From positions 186,001 through 250,000 of the forward strand of contig MU058531.1 of the NCBI GenBank assembly GCA_013265495.1: a DNA stretch of 64,000 nt. The letters run 5' to 3'. This document shows, one piece after another, positions 50,050 to 63,610 of this stretch. Below the pieces are notes generated by a model. The model saw only the letters and a list, made by a program, of their open reading frames with translations. It was not told the origin of the DNA and did no database searches. Each line of letters starts with the position of its first letter. Position 1 is the first letter of the stretch. The position numbers and the translations under genes were made by a program. The DNA is from Vicugna vicugna. Lineage: Eukaryota.

Positions 50050-50750
50050 ATGTTTTCTCAGATTACATATTCAGTCACTACTCTCTGTTACTGAAAGGTA
50101 ATCCACTATCTTAATTTCTGACAGTGTAGAATGCAAAAATTGTGTGCATTGATTGTGTCTAACTCCATTTGTGCTAAATTATACTTGTGACATTAATCCA
50201 TGTTTTTCTTTACGTTTAGGGTTTTCACTTTTATTGCTATGTAATATTCTCTTATATATCACAATTTATTGTGATATCTATTATCTATTCTACTGTTGAT
50301 GGACATTTAGGTTTCTAGTTTTTGATTATTTACAAATAATGCTGCCATATTCTATGCATATCTGTGGGATGTATGTAGAAACTGAAGTTGCTCAGTCATA
50401 GGGTATATTTTTATGTTCCGCTTTAGAATATACTGCCATTTTCCCAAGATGGTTGTACCGAAGTACATTATCACCAGCAGTTGCTCACAATCATTTAGTA
50501 TTATATGGTTTTAATTTGCATTTCTATGATTACTAATGTGGTTGAGAACCTTTCATATATTTAATTGACTATTTGACTATCTCCTCTTGCTAAGTCCCTT
50601 GCCCATTTTAAAATTGTGGTGTCAGTCTTTTTCTTATTTATTTGTAGAATTCTGTATCTTCTGGATAGGAGCTCTTTTGTCATTTATATATGTTGCAAGT
50701 ATTTTTTCCCACTCTCTGAGTTGCCTTTTCACTCTTTTAATGATGTATAT
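50050..50750 (-). mobile_element. Old L1 (L1ME-type) remnant
   Basis: ctattctactgttgatggacatttagg; gttttaatttgcatttc; ttttcactcttttaatg. Confidence 0.7.
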
Positions 50751-51289
50751 ATTGTATAACTTTTCAAGTTGTATTTAGTGAGAGTTGATCAGAACCATCA
50801 AGTCCAATATTGCCAGAAATAGAACTGGCCTGCTTTTTAATAACTAAATTTTGTACCAACAATGCATGTATCATGATGAAAAAAGCCATTATGAGTGGGA
50901 ATTAGTTTGAGAAACTTTTCAGAAAGATATATTGAAACTAGTTTCAATATATGTGTCTTCACTTGAAGTCTTCTAGAATATGTAAAAAGCAGTAAATAAG
51001 ATGTATCATCCATGTTAACCTGTATAATAGCTTCTATAGTTGTACATGTGCCTTTGATATATTTTCCCTCAAGACTACCAACTGTGTGCTTAACAAGTGC
51101 ATATTAAATAAATCTGAAATTGGTTAAAAGACAAAGATAGCAAGCTGAGATCTTGGGAAAGTAAGTTTATAAAATATATTTTTAAAACGTTTCATTTGTA
51201 AACAACTTCAAGATTACAAAAAATTGCAAGAATAAGAATATTAAATGGAATACTAATTTAATCTTCACCCAGATTCTCCTGTTCTTTTC

Positions 51290-51492
51290 CTCAGCTTTAT
51301 TGAGGTATAATTGATGGGTAAAATTATAAGGTATTTAAAGGTACAAAGTAATGATTTGATATCCATATATGTTGTGAAAGGATTCCCCCCATCAAGTTAA
51401 TTAACACATCCATTGCCTCATATATTTACTTTTTTTTTGTTTGGGTGAGAAAATTTAAGACTTTTCCAATTTCAGTTATACAATATGGTGTT
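51290..51492 (-). mobile_element. L1 3' end (L1MA-like)
   Basis: cagctttattgaggtataattga...catcaagttaattaacacatcc; a related copy lies at 54370-54790. Confidence 0.75.
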
Positions 51493-51739
51493 ATTTGGCA
51501 AAGTAAGTTTGAATGAGAAGATGCAGGGAAAAGCCGGGTCTGAGTGTGCACCTGAAATACTCTAGGGCTCTCTCTGTGCTTGTAGTGAGTGTTGGCACTC
51601 GTGGGAAGAGGGAATACCCATCGTAATGGGTCCTTGAGAGAAATAAATGAGAAAATTTGTAAAAATTTATCTGTGAACACATCAGGTATCAAAATGAGAT
51701 TGAAACTACTTGACAGTTTTGCCCAGGGACGAGTTTGAT

Positions 51740-51756
51740 TGTGTGTGTGTGTGTGT
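51740..51756. repeat. (TG)n microsatellite
   Basis: Directly visible in the sequence. Confidence 0.85.
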
Positions 51757-51972
51757 TTGCTCAGCATTCTCTCTGTTAGTAGGGAGAGTCACTCAGGAAC
51801 TAGATTTAGATCTCTTGTATTCTTAGCAACTCCTTGATGGTCCCCCCTCTGGCAGGTTGAAAAGGGCCTCTGGAAGGTTATAGAATTTACCTATGCATAT
51901 TGCTCTTCTTCCTTGTAGCAATCTTCCAGGAGGAATGAATGTCCAGTGTTCATCACAGATTTAGAGCTGCTT

Positions 51973-52128
51973 CAGTGGTTCTTGACCCCAATTGCACATC
52001 CAAATTACCTACTCACCTTTTAAAAAATACTGATGCCTTAATTCTATCCCAGACCTGATTCAATTTATCTAGGGAGGGGGCTGGCTATTATCATTGTTGA
52101 CAAGTTCAGCCCAGCCTGAGAACTACAG
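51973..52128. mobile_element. MER5A-like hAT element
   Basis: cagtggttct...ttttaaaaaatactgatgcc...tgagaactac. Confidence 0.65.
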
Positions 52129-52625
52129 CTGGTGTTGAAAAAAAATGTTGTCCACCAGATGGAGACAAAGCACTTCTCTGTGAAAAAGTCTCCACTCAAA
52201 CAAAACCCATCCTCTGACTTTATAGCTTCATCAACTCCAGTTTATGTAATGTGCCAAGTGGGGCAAAAATGTGGGAAGATAGGTAAAATTATCTTTGGTA
52301 CTGTTGCTTGCCAAACAAAGAAGTTCTTGCCACCACTGGGGAAAATTCCAGAAACTAATTAAAAAAATAACGCGGTTAAAAATATATCTAATTCACCCAA
52401 TTACCTGAACTAGCATCTAGAAACATTTTCAATCCTAGCTCACTTTGATAAAATAAACCATATGAAAAAGGAGGGTAACATTGTTCAAATGAAGTGGAAA
52501 ATTTTGGCATAAGATCACTCCAAGAATCCTGCAAAAAGAAATCAACTGAGGAAAAGTCAATTAGCTTAAGATATGCTCACAGGATTTTAGGAAATAGGCA
52601 GATGTAATCATGTGACAGATTTTTT

Positions 52626-52717
52626 AAAAAAATTTTATTGTATTGAGTTATAGTCAGTTTACAATGTTGTGTCAATTTCCAGTGTAGAGCACAATTTTTC
52701 AGTTATACATGAACATA
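52626..52717 (-). mobile_element. 5'-truncated L1 3' end with TSD
   Basis: tatagtcagtttacaatgttgtgtcaatttcc, flanked by acagattt at 52615 and 52718. Confidence 0.8.
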
Positions 52718-52744
52718 ACAGATTTATTTTTAAGTCTAAAGTAC

Positions 52745-53190
52745 TTGATTGGCAGCTCTCGGTTTTCATGTCTCCCATCTCTTGCATACCTCCATCATAG
52801 AAGCTATAAAAGCTACAAAATTTATCTCTGTCCCTGTGTGGCTGAAGATGGCCAGTGATATGTAGTGAAAATCACCGGGGCGGGGGGGGGGGGCTTCCTT
52901 TCATGACTAAAGTGATAAAGAAATTTCTCTTCTCTCTTTTCCCCACCCTCCTTTCTCCATCTTCCTGGCGACATTAAACTTGGAAGTGGAGCAACCATCA
53001 CTGTCCACGAGATGACCAGCGTGAGGATAAAGCCAGTATTACTAAGGATGGCAGAGAGGACAGGCAGGAGGAGCCTGGGTCTCGACGGGCCCCCCTGGGC
53101 AGCTACTCTGCTGGTCCGGGACTGCTTAACTCTGAACATGTTGGGAGGAAAAAAGTCTCCCTGTTATTTACAGATAAATTCATTCCTAAA
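52745..53190 (+). mobile_element. MLT1-type (MaLR) LTR
   Basis: ggagcaaccatc...aaggatggcagag...ggagcctgggtc motifs. Confidence 0.65.
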
Positions 53191-54369
53191 TTGATCCATC
53201 ACTGACAAGTTATTATATTGGCATATAGGCTTAAATATATTTATCATATTGACCTTGGACATTATCCCTTTTAGTTATTTTTTTTTAACTTTCAAGTTAA
53301 AGAAACCCCATGGGCTTTAGGCAAAGCCAGAAATTTAGAAGCCCAGCTTCCTATTTTGGTTGTTATTTCTAAAACGCATATATATTTCTTAAAAAGCATA
53401 AAAATTATAAATACCTGTCAATCAAGCATTCCTGCCCCAACCACATTTACTGAGCCAAAATATATAGTTTGATGTATCACCTGGTTATGGGGTTAATATT
53501 TTCAATAGAATAGTGTTTGAAAATCCAGGAGGTCCAGTGACCTTAACTGACACAGCCTGTGATCTCTTCAGGGTCTGTACTAGGGCAAAGCACACAGACT
53601 GCTGCAGTGGCCAAGCACACAGTCAACAGAATAGAAGCAATAAGCCCAATGGTGATAGACCAATGGGACATCAAGGCAGGCTGAATTTGTTGTTAAAGGT
53701 AGGTGTCAAACAAAGGTATTTAATTTGAAAAACAACTGAGAATGAATTAAGATTTCTACATTTTGATTAAGCAGAGTTGCAGTTTGCTATTTGATGGCCA
53801 GGATATTCAGGATAATTGCTACTCTATGGTCCACTGGGGAGGATTTCATAGAAGAGGATTGTCCTGGAAATTAGGGTTGTTTAGAGAACTTGGGAGGACT
53901 TGGTTGGCAAAAAGGGGGGAAGATAGTATAGGCATATGATGTCTCCTTGGAAAGGTCATAAAGGTGTGTGTGGGCCCCCCCGGTGCACACTGTAGCACTG
54001 TGTCCCCCGGAGCTGTGTCATACGCTCCCTCTGGGAGCTGCCCAGGGGACAGTGACTGTGTACTTACAGAAGGCAAAGGTAATTGGCTAAGAAATAGGAG
54101 GAAGTAAATCTCTTTAAATGTTGAATTTCATTAGGGTCTGCATCTGATACTCTTCTCACTTTCAGGCTTTCATTACATGCTGGTAACTTTCAAGTCTTTA
54201 TCTTCAAACCTAATCTCCCTGAGTTTCAGACTCATTTCCAGCTGCCTCCTGGTTATCTACACCTGGATTTTTGCACAGTCATTTCAAACTCACCGTGTCC
54301 AAAAAGAACTCATTGAAAGTGTTTTTTCGCTTATATATTCTCTTTCTCATTCTGTAATTTTTGGCAACC

Positions 54370-54790
54370 ATTTATTTAGCCTTATTAAGTTATAACTGAC
54401 AGAATTCTAAGATCTTTAAAGTATTCAGCATAATGATTTGAGATATATATACATTGTGAAAGCATTCCTCTCACCAAGTTAATTAACACATCTATCACCC
54501 CACGTTTTTTGGTCGGGTGAGAACATTTAAGTTCTCCTCTGTTAGAAGATTCCAATTATACAACACAGTGTTATCAACCATAGGTACACCATGTTCTACA
54601 CTGGGTCCTCAGACCTGGTTTTTCTTGTAAGTGAAGGTTTGTACCCATTTACCAACTTCTCCCTGTTTGTTCCAACCCGCAGCCCCTGGCAGCCACTTTG
54701 CTATTCTCTCTTTCTAGGAGTTAGGCTCTTTTTTTTTTAATATCATGTAAATAATACCATGCAGTATTCGGTATTTGTCTTTTTCTCTGA
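54370..54790 (-). mobile_element. L1 3' end (L1MA-like)
   Basis: caccaagttaattaacacatctatcacc...gtttgtacccatttaccaac...ataccatgcagtatt. Confidence 0.78.
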
Positions 54791-55049
54791 CAACTGTTTA
54801 TTCAGTGCTGACTGTGTGCCCCTCACTTTGCTAACGCTGGTGATACCAGGAGAAGCAAACCAGACGTGGCTCTGCCCCGCCGCGTTCTCAGGCTAGAGGG
54901 GCAGACTGCCACGAAACAAATAAACCACAAATACTTAGACACTTCAGTCTGTGATGACAGGAGTGGACACTCAGTTGTTTTTCAAATTAAATACACCCGG
55001 GTATCTGAGAGTCCACAGGGTAACTTCTGTCTATTTAGGCAGAATATTA

Positions 55050-55760
55050 CCCACCTGGTCACCTGGGTGTCATCCTCTCTTTTCCTTCTTAACATTCACA
55101 TACAACCAACTACCACATCTTGCCTACTTGACCTCCTAAATATTTCTCAAGCTCATCTCGCCTTTCCCTTCTCATTACCCTAGTTGAAACTGTCTCCATC
55201 TTCTGTGTGGATTAGGCATTACTCTTTGATGCTGGTCATTATTCACTTTCCCCCTTGCCCTACATCCCACTCCACATCCCTTTCCATACTGCCTCCAGGC
55301 AGCTTTACCCAAAACCTACATCTGACCACGTCACTTTCCTACCTAAAGCTTTTCTAGTGGTTTTCTATTTTTCATTAAAAAGTCAGGTCAGATTTTTAAC
55401 CTCGTCATTTTTTTTCTTCCTGAAACTTGTGCTTGAGCACCACCAAACTGTTCCTAGTTCCTTGAGCGCATTGTGGCATTTCATGCCTCTGGGCCTTTGA
55501 TCATGCTGTCCTGCCCCTGTGGTGGCACCTTCCCCTCTTGTCTTTGTCTAACTTCCAGTTTGCTTCTATCTCACATGCCCCTCCTGTGCTCATCAAAGTG
55601 GTTCATGCTTATTTACCCCCATTACAGCACTCAGCATTCTACATCATATTTGTATATTTCATGTTTGCCTCCCTTTCTGAAATGTGGGCATATCAAGGAG
55701 GAGGGTCTTACTTTACCCATCTTTGTGTCCGTCAGTATGCTTGGCAAATGCCGTATGTGA
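55050..55760 (+). mobile_element. L2 LINE remnant
   Basis: atctgaccacgtcactttcctacctaaagc...gcctctgggcctttg. Further L2 pieces at about 54100-54320, 54790-54940, 56840-56990 and 61380-61570. Confidence 0.7.
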
Positions 55761-56269
55761 TGGAGCTCATAATGGGAAGGAACCAGAAGTGAAGAGATAT
55801 TAGTTTACCTGGAAAGAAATCCAATTTGATGCCCAAGACAAGGAAGCAACTGACGATTTATGGTTTGATTGTTTAGTGGGCCCCCAAAGTCAGCAGCACA
55901 GATATTACGGCTCCCTTACACAGACACATATTCTCAACAATCCCAAATGGGCGCATCCACTTGATCCACTAAATTGTGAACATGTGTAGGGCATTATCTT
56001 TAAGATAACACTGACCAGTTGTGTCTTCCACCTTCACTAGGGAAGCCATCATTTTCCCCTAATGGCCAGGATTGTTGTGGTAATGGTGCTTGATCCTGAC
56101 TCCATCCATAATAGCACACTGCGGAGTATGATTTATGAGCTGGGTTTTTATCCTTCAAACTGGGAGTTAAAGAGTAGTCTCTTGATAGCAATACACTGAA
56201 AGCCTCAGTGTTGCTGCAGCTTCTAAGATGGAGCACTTATGGACCCTGGTGTTTGGACAGCTGGACATT

Positions 56270-56366
56270 TACTATGTGATAGGCTGTATCCGAGACATAC
56301 TAAAATATTTTTGTTTATCTGATATTCAGATTTAATGGGCATCAGCTGTTTCATCTAGCAGCTCTA
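56270..56366. mobile_element. MER53-like hAT fragment
   Basis: gacatactaaaa...tgtttatctgatattcagatttaa...atctagcagctcta. Confidence 0.55.
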
Positions 56367-56524
56367 CGTGGAAGTGGCTTGAAAAAACATACCCCCAATT
56401 AAGGGCTCATTGACATGTTAGGAAGAACGTTGGAAAAAGTGTCAGAAGGGCTGTTTTCTAGCCACAGCTCTGCTATCTTTCATCTGCTGTTTCTTTATCT
56501 TATGAAATGAGAGGGTTTCAGATT

Positions 56525-56690
56525 CAATGGTTTTCAGATTTTGCTTGTCTTCAAAAACTTCGCCCAAGTGAAATTTTATTCAGAAGCCCAATATATAAAA
56601 AAGATAAAGGCTGAGTTGCTCTGATTGAAGCTGAGTATGGGCTAGTCCCCACCACAATGTGGCAGAACAGAGAACAGCCTGACCACAGGA
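56525..56690. mobile_element. MER103-like hAT element
   Basis: caatggttttca...gaagcccaatatataaaaaagataaagg...ttgctctgattgaagc. Confidence 0.6.
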
Positions 56691-59600
56691 CTTGATGATT
56701 TCTAAAATTCCTTCTACCTGTGACCGTCTATGAGTCCAGGTGAATTCATTTTACATACAGTAATCGTCTAGTTTGTGGTTAATCATACCTTGTCCTTTCC
56801 TTTAGCAGGACCAAGGAAGGACAAATAGAATTATTAACTGACTTCATTTATTCTTTCAACAGACATTTGTTGAGTACTTACTACAGGGAAGGCAATGCAT
56901 GAGGCACTTTGGAGGGAGAATACTAAGAGAAAACTTAAGAAGGACTTCTTAACTTAGTAGGAGAGCTCAGACTTGTGTACAGGTAACTATCTGCAATTAT
57001 TGAAATTTACCATGTGATAGGCATGTTATTGTTTCCAACTTTAAAATGTATTTCAATGAACATTAGTCCTACTTACAATTCTTATGCCTTTCCACCTGCT
57101 TTCATCACAACCTTACTGCCTTCCAAATTTTTTTTTCTAAAACTAAGGAGATGATTCCCCTCCTTGCTTTTATCTCTGAATTTGCCTAGCTGATTCAGGA
57201 TATTTCTATTCATAACAAGCCCTGCCTTTGCTAAGTGTAGGATGATTAAGTCATAATATGTTTTTTTTTTCCAAAGACCTAGCCTCCTCCCACAGCATGC
57301 TGTGTCCCCAGGTCCGTGGTAGAAGAGGTCATTTTGGACATCATTCTCCTTTTCACCCACCCACATGCTGAGGCTGTTATCAAATTTCACCACTTCTTGC
57401 TCTGCAGGATTCCCTGGCTTTCTCCTTCCTTCTTTCTCTGCCATGCCGGTTTCCTCACTTGGGTTCTCACATATACCTCACTGCTGTTTTCCTCTCCCTA
57501 GTCTCTTTTTCCCTGTCTTTAATATTTTGCATGACTCAGCAAAAGTTCTTTTTGGTCACCCTAAGGCTCACAGTAAGCTGTTTGAACCCACTGCTTTGTC
57601 CTTGTCTTCCTGTTACTGAAAATCCCCAGGTGCATATCTGAACATATGTCAACATTTTGATATGGCTCTCAACAGCCAGGTATTATTGCCAAGAATCTGA
57701 TGGATAACGTCTTTATCACCTCTGCCCACCCAGGTGTTTGGATTGTCCTCCACAAACTTGGACTTGTGGGACCGGAGTCAAGGGTAAACGCCCTGGAAGC
57801 TGTCAGACGGGCAGGAGTCAGGTGCAGTGGGTAGACGACTTAGGACAGCACGGTGGCTGAAGATAATGATGATGTCACTTAAGAAAGTGGCATTTTAAAC
57901 CCAAAATGATCTATCATTTCTATCTATCTCTCTAAAGAAACTTACTAGATTGGGTCATTTTCCAGACCGGCAAAAATTTAGTTTCATTTCTGAGAATGAA
58001 TGAGTACTCATAAAAGAAAAATTCAAGTACTTATAAAAGTAAAGTGAATTTTATGCTTGCACATAGATTATTTATGGCCATCTTAAGTCACATCTGCTCT
58101 TCTATTTTCCAGGTGAGAAATGAGGCCCAGAGAAAGGGAGTGATTTACTCAAGGATTTAGTTATTGAGCGGCAGTGTTGGTCCTGGAACCCCTGTGCTTG
58201 CTCGCTCTGTGAGTGCCCCCAGTGGAAAGGCACCAGAAACACACTGTGATCAAACAGAATTGTGTCTATGGACTTGCAGTGAGGGAGAATGAATGCCATG
58301 GAGACACATGGCAGGGCAAGGAGAGGGGAGGTCCTAGGATGGACTCCAAGGGTTGGGGCTTGTAGGTGATCTGGGGGCAGGTTTAAGGAAGTGGGCCTTT
58401 ACTGTCTTAGCTGAATTGGATGCTGAAATAAAACATTGCTGTCTGTGAGACAGATGATGTATCTGAGGAAGGAATCTGCAGGTCAAATATACTTTGGGGC
58501 ACCTTCTGCTAACACAAACAATTGGCTTGAGTCAAGGTACACTCAGGTTAAAAAGAACAGCAGATAATTTATAGGGAACATATAATATGATACCATTGTT
58601 TTTCCCCCAATATCAGAACAGGGGAAGCCAGATTGTCTTTTAGAAATTTGAACATTGTGAGTTAAGAGTTAGATTAGGTGTGACATCTAGGCTCCAACCT
58701 TAACATGTCATCACAGAGAGTAAACAGTCTACAAAAAGATCCAAGATACTCGTTTCTCCTCTATTTTTGCCAGTAGGGGTTTGTCTTGCCTTTCTTCTCC
58801 ATGACCCGCACAACGTAAGAATCTGAAAATCTCTGCTGTCCATCTAATTCTAAAGCCTAAGTACCAATCTAGACAGAAAAGAGTGTTGAAAGTAAGAATC
58901 TGTACATACATTTTGATATCACTGTAACTGTGGTTATAATTAAAAATTAAATATTCCTACTTACCTGGGGGCAGTAACCAAATACTCAGAATTTCTCCTG
59001 AAAATAGCATTTGCATTATGCCTCAGCTTTTTGGAGAAGAGGGATATGGAACTTCCGACGTAGAAATGGGGACTTTTTCCAGGTTTCTTGTTTGGTATCT
59101 GAGCTTGGCCTCTGACTGGAAGAGGATAACCCCTTGAGGGAACATCAGTGAACCTGAAGGTTCAGGGTTGATGGAAAAAAGCTCTACCTTATGGAAAAGC
59201 CAGGGAAAGCTTGTGGATGTGGTGTTGTGCAGCGTTGCATCGATTCATTCCTGACTAAACTCTTGGGACTGATGAACAATATATGGCCTGTGAACTCTAG
59301 ATAGACCTACCAGCTTCTCCACACACCAGTCAATCTAGATAGAAATGACATTTTTTCTTAAGTCTTATAAAAAGAAGAGGCATAATGGATGTAAGTGAAT
59401 CATCTCAGATGCAGAGAAACCTTGTTAGAATCCTCTGGAAACATCCAGCAGCTGAAAAAGCTAGGAGACTAGCTGAGAGGCCCAGGGGGAGACAGGCTGG
59501 GCAAGGGGACAATCACCGGTGAGAAGGGCAGTGTCGGGTCCCTGCCAGAGTCAGGAGACGTCAGGGTCAAAATGGGTTGCTTGTTGGGGACAAATTTGAG

Positions 59601-60608
59601 AGCGTGCCTGCATGCTGCCCTGCTGTCTAAGAATCCAGGTGCTGCTCAGAGGAAGTGAGGTATCCTGGGAGCTCCCACTGCTGAGATCTGGGTTTTGAAA
59701 AGCTTCCTCCTTGCCTGCTCCGTGTTAATTAAACTGAACATGGGAAAGGAGCAGGAGCCCCGTGGGGAGAAGCAGAGCGTGCCAGGTGAAGGAGAAGCTG
59801 CTGCTCAGTCCGTTTCTGCTGCTTGGATCCCTGCTCTGCATCTTTTAGCTCTATAAGCTTGACTCTGCTACCTAGGTTGTCTGTATATCAAGTTCCTCAT
59901 TTGTCAGGGGGAATTGTGAAGATCTTCTTCCTAGGTTTGATCTGAGGATGAAGAGAGTGGTGCTTTTAAAAGAGCTGTGGTGGGTCCCAACATGTAGTTG
60001 GTTCTCAGTGAATACTGGCTCATTTCTTCCTCCCTGAGCAGCAGAAAGTAAAACTCCCCAAGTCGGGGGTCTCAGAGACCGGACTCAACTTGGAGGAAAA
60101 GGGATTTCACATAACCCTCTTTGTAATTCTTGCTCTACACAGATTACAAGGAACGCAGCAGTTCTCTGCAGGAGGCCTGTCATTTGGATCTGCTACAGTC
60201 CTTCAAGCCACGGACCTGAAGACACATACTTCTGATTATCTGGAGCTAGAGAGAAGGATCTGATTGGGTGGACTGACAATGCTCACAAACATGGACACTG
60301 GTTTATTAATTATTCTCCCCCCAAACAGCATGAGAGCCAGGTAAAACTTGGCATGTCTAAGTGTCTGCAGGCAGCCAGCAGCTAAAATTGACAAGACAGT
60401 TCAAATTCTAGTTCTTACTCCTGTTTCCATGGATCTACTAGGTAGAAGTTAGATGGATGAAAACAAAGAAGGCTTAGAAATGGTTGGAGTCAAAGAAACC
60501 AGCCCTACTAGGAAGCACTGACTCTTTTTGTTGTTCTTCCTGACCTGTCTTTCTACCATTTCAGCTGTTACAGAAGCACAGCTGTTAGTAGAAGGCCAAG
60601 CTTCTTGC

Positions 60609-60714
60609 CACAGTGACTAACTCATCCTGAGCTTCCTGGATGTTTCCTGTTTATATCACTGAAAGTTCCAGTAAACCTTTCTGTCCTGGACCAACCAGGA
60701 CAATTGGTCATCCT
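60609..60714. mobile_element. MER81-like hAT MITE (palindromic)
   Basis: gtgactaac...cactgaaagttcc...ccaggacaattggtcatcct. Confidence 0.65.
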
Positions 60715-62368
60715 CCTGGAAAGGACCTAGAAAAATCGTTGAGAAGGAGACAGCCTTAATAAACTCTGGAGCTGTAGGCTGGGGTCAGGAGTAAGGGAAG
60801 GCAGGTAGGGGACTGGCTGCTTGAAGTCGGCCCCCAGAGTCACAAAGTTGGACTCTTTAGTTACTGGGGAAACCTGGAAGTTGGGGAGGTCACTGAGGCC
60901 ACTTTAGATAACTAATAGACGAAATAATCAAATGCCACAAAAACACAAAGACAAAGAAATTCCACTCCCCACCCTAAGTTGGAATGTAGACTGGCCTCAG
61001 ACAAAGACCTCCTTTGGGACATGGGACAGAGGAAATAAATTAGTTTTCTAGGGAACTGGACTACTGAGCAGGCCTCATCAAAATCACCTGAAGTGTTTAA
61101 TCAGTAGTTTCCAGGACCTCACCCCAAATCTACCAAATATAATTATTAAGGGTAAGGACTGGAACTCTGTCCTTTTAATAAGCACCTTGGGGAATTTTAA
61201 TATGAAGTGAGGTTTGGGGATCATTTGCGCTGGGACAGGATCTTCAGATGTTTCTGACCACTCATCCCGAGTGGTGAAAAAATGTTAAATATATATTGTC
61301 AACATACACACACGCATCTATCAAAGAAGTTCTCTCCCTCTATTATCCCGACTCACCTTTTAGGTTTCTGATTTCACACATCTAGGAATGGTTAAATCAG
61401 ACTGGCTTATGTTCCTCTACCTGGGATCTTTCTTTTCAGAACACACTCCAGTCTGTTAGGCTGGAGTTTCATGAGGGCAAAGGACTATATCTATTTTATT
61501 TACCTTTGTACTCACAGCAGCACAGTGCTTGGCCCATAGTAGGTGTTCAATAAAGTATTGGTTTGAATTGAATTTGGGACTCCTCCTTAAGAGAGAGAAA
61601 GATTGCTTGTCCATGGAACAGTACTGGTTAATGCTCACATTGCATGTCCAAACTGCTTCATGTTCCCATGGAAACAACTGGTAGTTCACATTGCCACCTC
61701 TACCTGTCAGTGCCAGGTACCTAAGGAGAGTTTAAAATCCCATTTCCTGATCTACAGCTGATTTTCTCCTGCAATGGCAGAACTCCTGCTGCAGGAGAAA
61801 GGACCCTCCGTTGAAAGAGCAGCAGGAGACATCAGTAAGAGGCTTTCAGTCCAGACAAGTAAAGAGGAAGGGAGTGGGACAGCTTCATTCTTCAAATAAT
61901 GCCTCCCCTCAGGTGGCATGACTCAGGGGGGACGCCTCCTTGGACAGGTAGGCGGGAGAACAAATCCACTTCATCCTCTCAGGGGGCCTTATTGTTGAGT
62001 TCCAGTGATTGCTAACATCAATTATGCCATCACTCCTTAATAGCACCTTTGAAAATAGGGACTGCTGGCTTTGGAACAATCTAGTTAGTTTCTTTATCTA
62101 CCATTGATTGAAGAGATCAACACGAAAATGAAGATTGAAAGACAAGGAGCATTTTCATGGTTATATAATTGTTTTCTGGCATGGGAGGTAGATGCTGTGC
62201 ACATTTGAGGGAAATTGGGAAATTGTGGACTGTTGCAACTGGACAGATCTTCAAGATTCTGACCCTCAGTCTGCATCATCGCTGAGGTAGGTGTTGTGAA
62301 ATGACCCAAACTAATTTGCTCTTGTACAACTAATGCAGGAAAACAGATGTGGGGCATGAGGAGGGCCA

Positions 62369-62949
62369 TGTCCCAGGTCTCGGTTGAGCCCCAGGGACGT
62401 GCCCCGCCAAGTGTGGGTCCTTGGCTTCACGCAGGAAAGAATTCAAGAGTGAGCTACAGTTGAGTAAAGGTAGATTTATTCAAAGAGATGCATTGAAAAG
62501 CAAGAGAAAGGCCACGAGGTGTGGGGGTTGGGTGCTCAGATTAAAAGTGGGTACACTTAGACAGAGTGTGGGCTGTCTCCGAAGAGGGAGAGAGGGGGCG
62601 GCTGCGAGGCACCCTGTTGCTGGTTTTTATGGGCTTGGTGGCTTCATATGCTAATAAGTGGAAGGACCACTTAGCCTGGGGAAGGGGCTGGGATTCCCAG
62701 GAAGTTGGCCATTTCCCACTCTATGACCTTTTGTGGCTAGCCTTGGGACTGCCATGGTGCCTGTGGGCGTGTTATTCACCATGTTGATATCACAATGGGG
62801 TATAATGAAGCTCAAGATCTACTAGAAGTTAAATCTCTTATCATCCTGAGCTTCAAGGCCTACTGGGGGTTGAATGTTTCACCCTTTTGATGTTAATTGC
62901 TGTGGCATTCCTTGAATGGCTGTGCCTTGCCCTCTTCCATCCTGTCTCA
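62369..62949 (-). mobile_element. ERV1-class solo LTR
   Basis: tgtccc...gtctca ends and a minus-strand AATAAA (tttatt at about 62475); cttggcttcacgcaggaaagaattcaagag motif. Confidence 0.75.
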
Positions 62950-63147
62950 CAACCATTAGGTTCTTTTTGGCAAATGTAAGTAGCTTTAAATGATTAGAAG
63001 CTACAGAGGATTATATGTTCCTGCTCATAACTTTCTACACGATTTTGATGAAAGCAAGTTTCAGACCAAACCTGCCACACATGCTCACATTTAGTAGCAA
63101 GCAGGCCCCCAAGTGATCGGATCTGATCTTGGAGGTCTTTTGACCAT

Positions 63148-63610
63148 TGTTAAAAATTTTTTCATGATGCTCATTAGATCAGTAAGGCAGACTTTATTCA
63201 GGACTACTGAGATGGGTACAGGGACTAGTGCAATGGGGTTTTTCTGTGAGGGAGAGAGATTGGGCTAAACTCCTAACACAGCAAGGAAAAGTGGGAATTT
63301 ATAGCTAAGGAACAATGTGTGTGCTGGGGTTGGTGGATGAAAAATTAAGAGTAAACATCAAGGGTAAAATGATCTGATGGGACTCTTCCTGAAGGCAGGC
63401 TAGGATGATGAGACGTCACCTGGGGAATGGTGGGGGGTGATGGACCTGATCAGGTGTGAAGATGCCCAGGATGGGAGATTCTGGCTAAACTGCCTTAGTA
63501 GGATTCTTGCTAAAATTGGGCTCTTGAGGACATGCCCAAGGATGGGGCTTAGTTGACAAAGAGCTCAGAGGATACTGATTGGAATTTGGTAGAGGAGAAA
63601 ATCTTTGTCA
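63148..63610 (-). mobile_element. ERV1 solo LTR (MER31-like) with perfect 4-bp TSD
   Basis: ccat|tgtt...tgtca|ccat, with a minus-strand AATAAA near 63196. Confidence 0.85.

Noticed and set aside
58661..58704. Imperfect hairpin, possible miRNA or MITE
   Set aside because: Too short and mismatched to support a call without folding or expression data.
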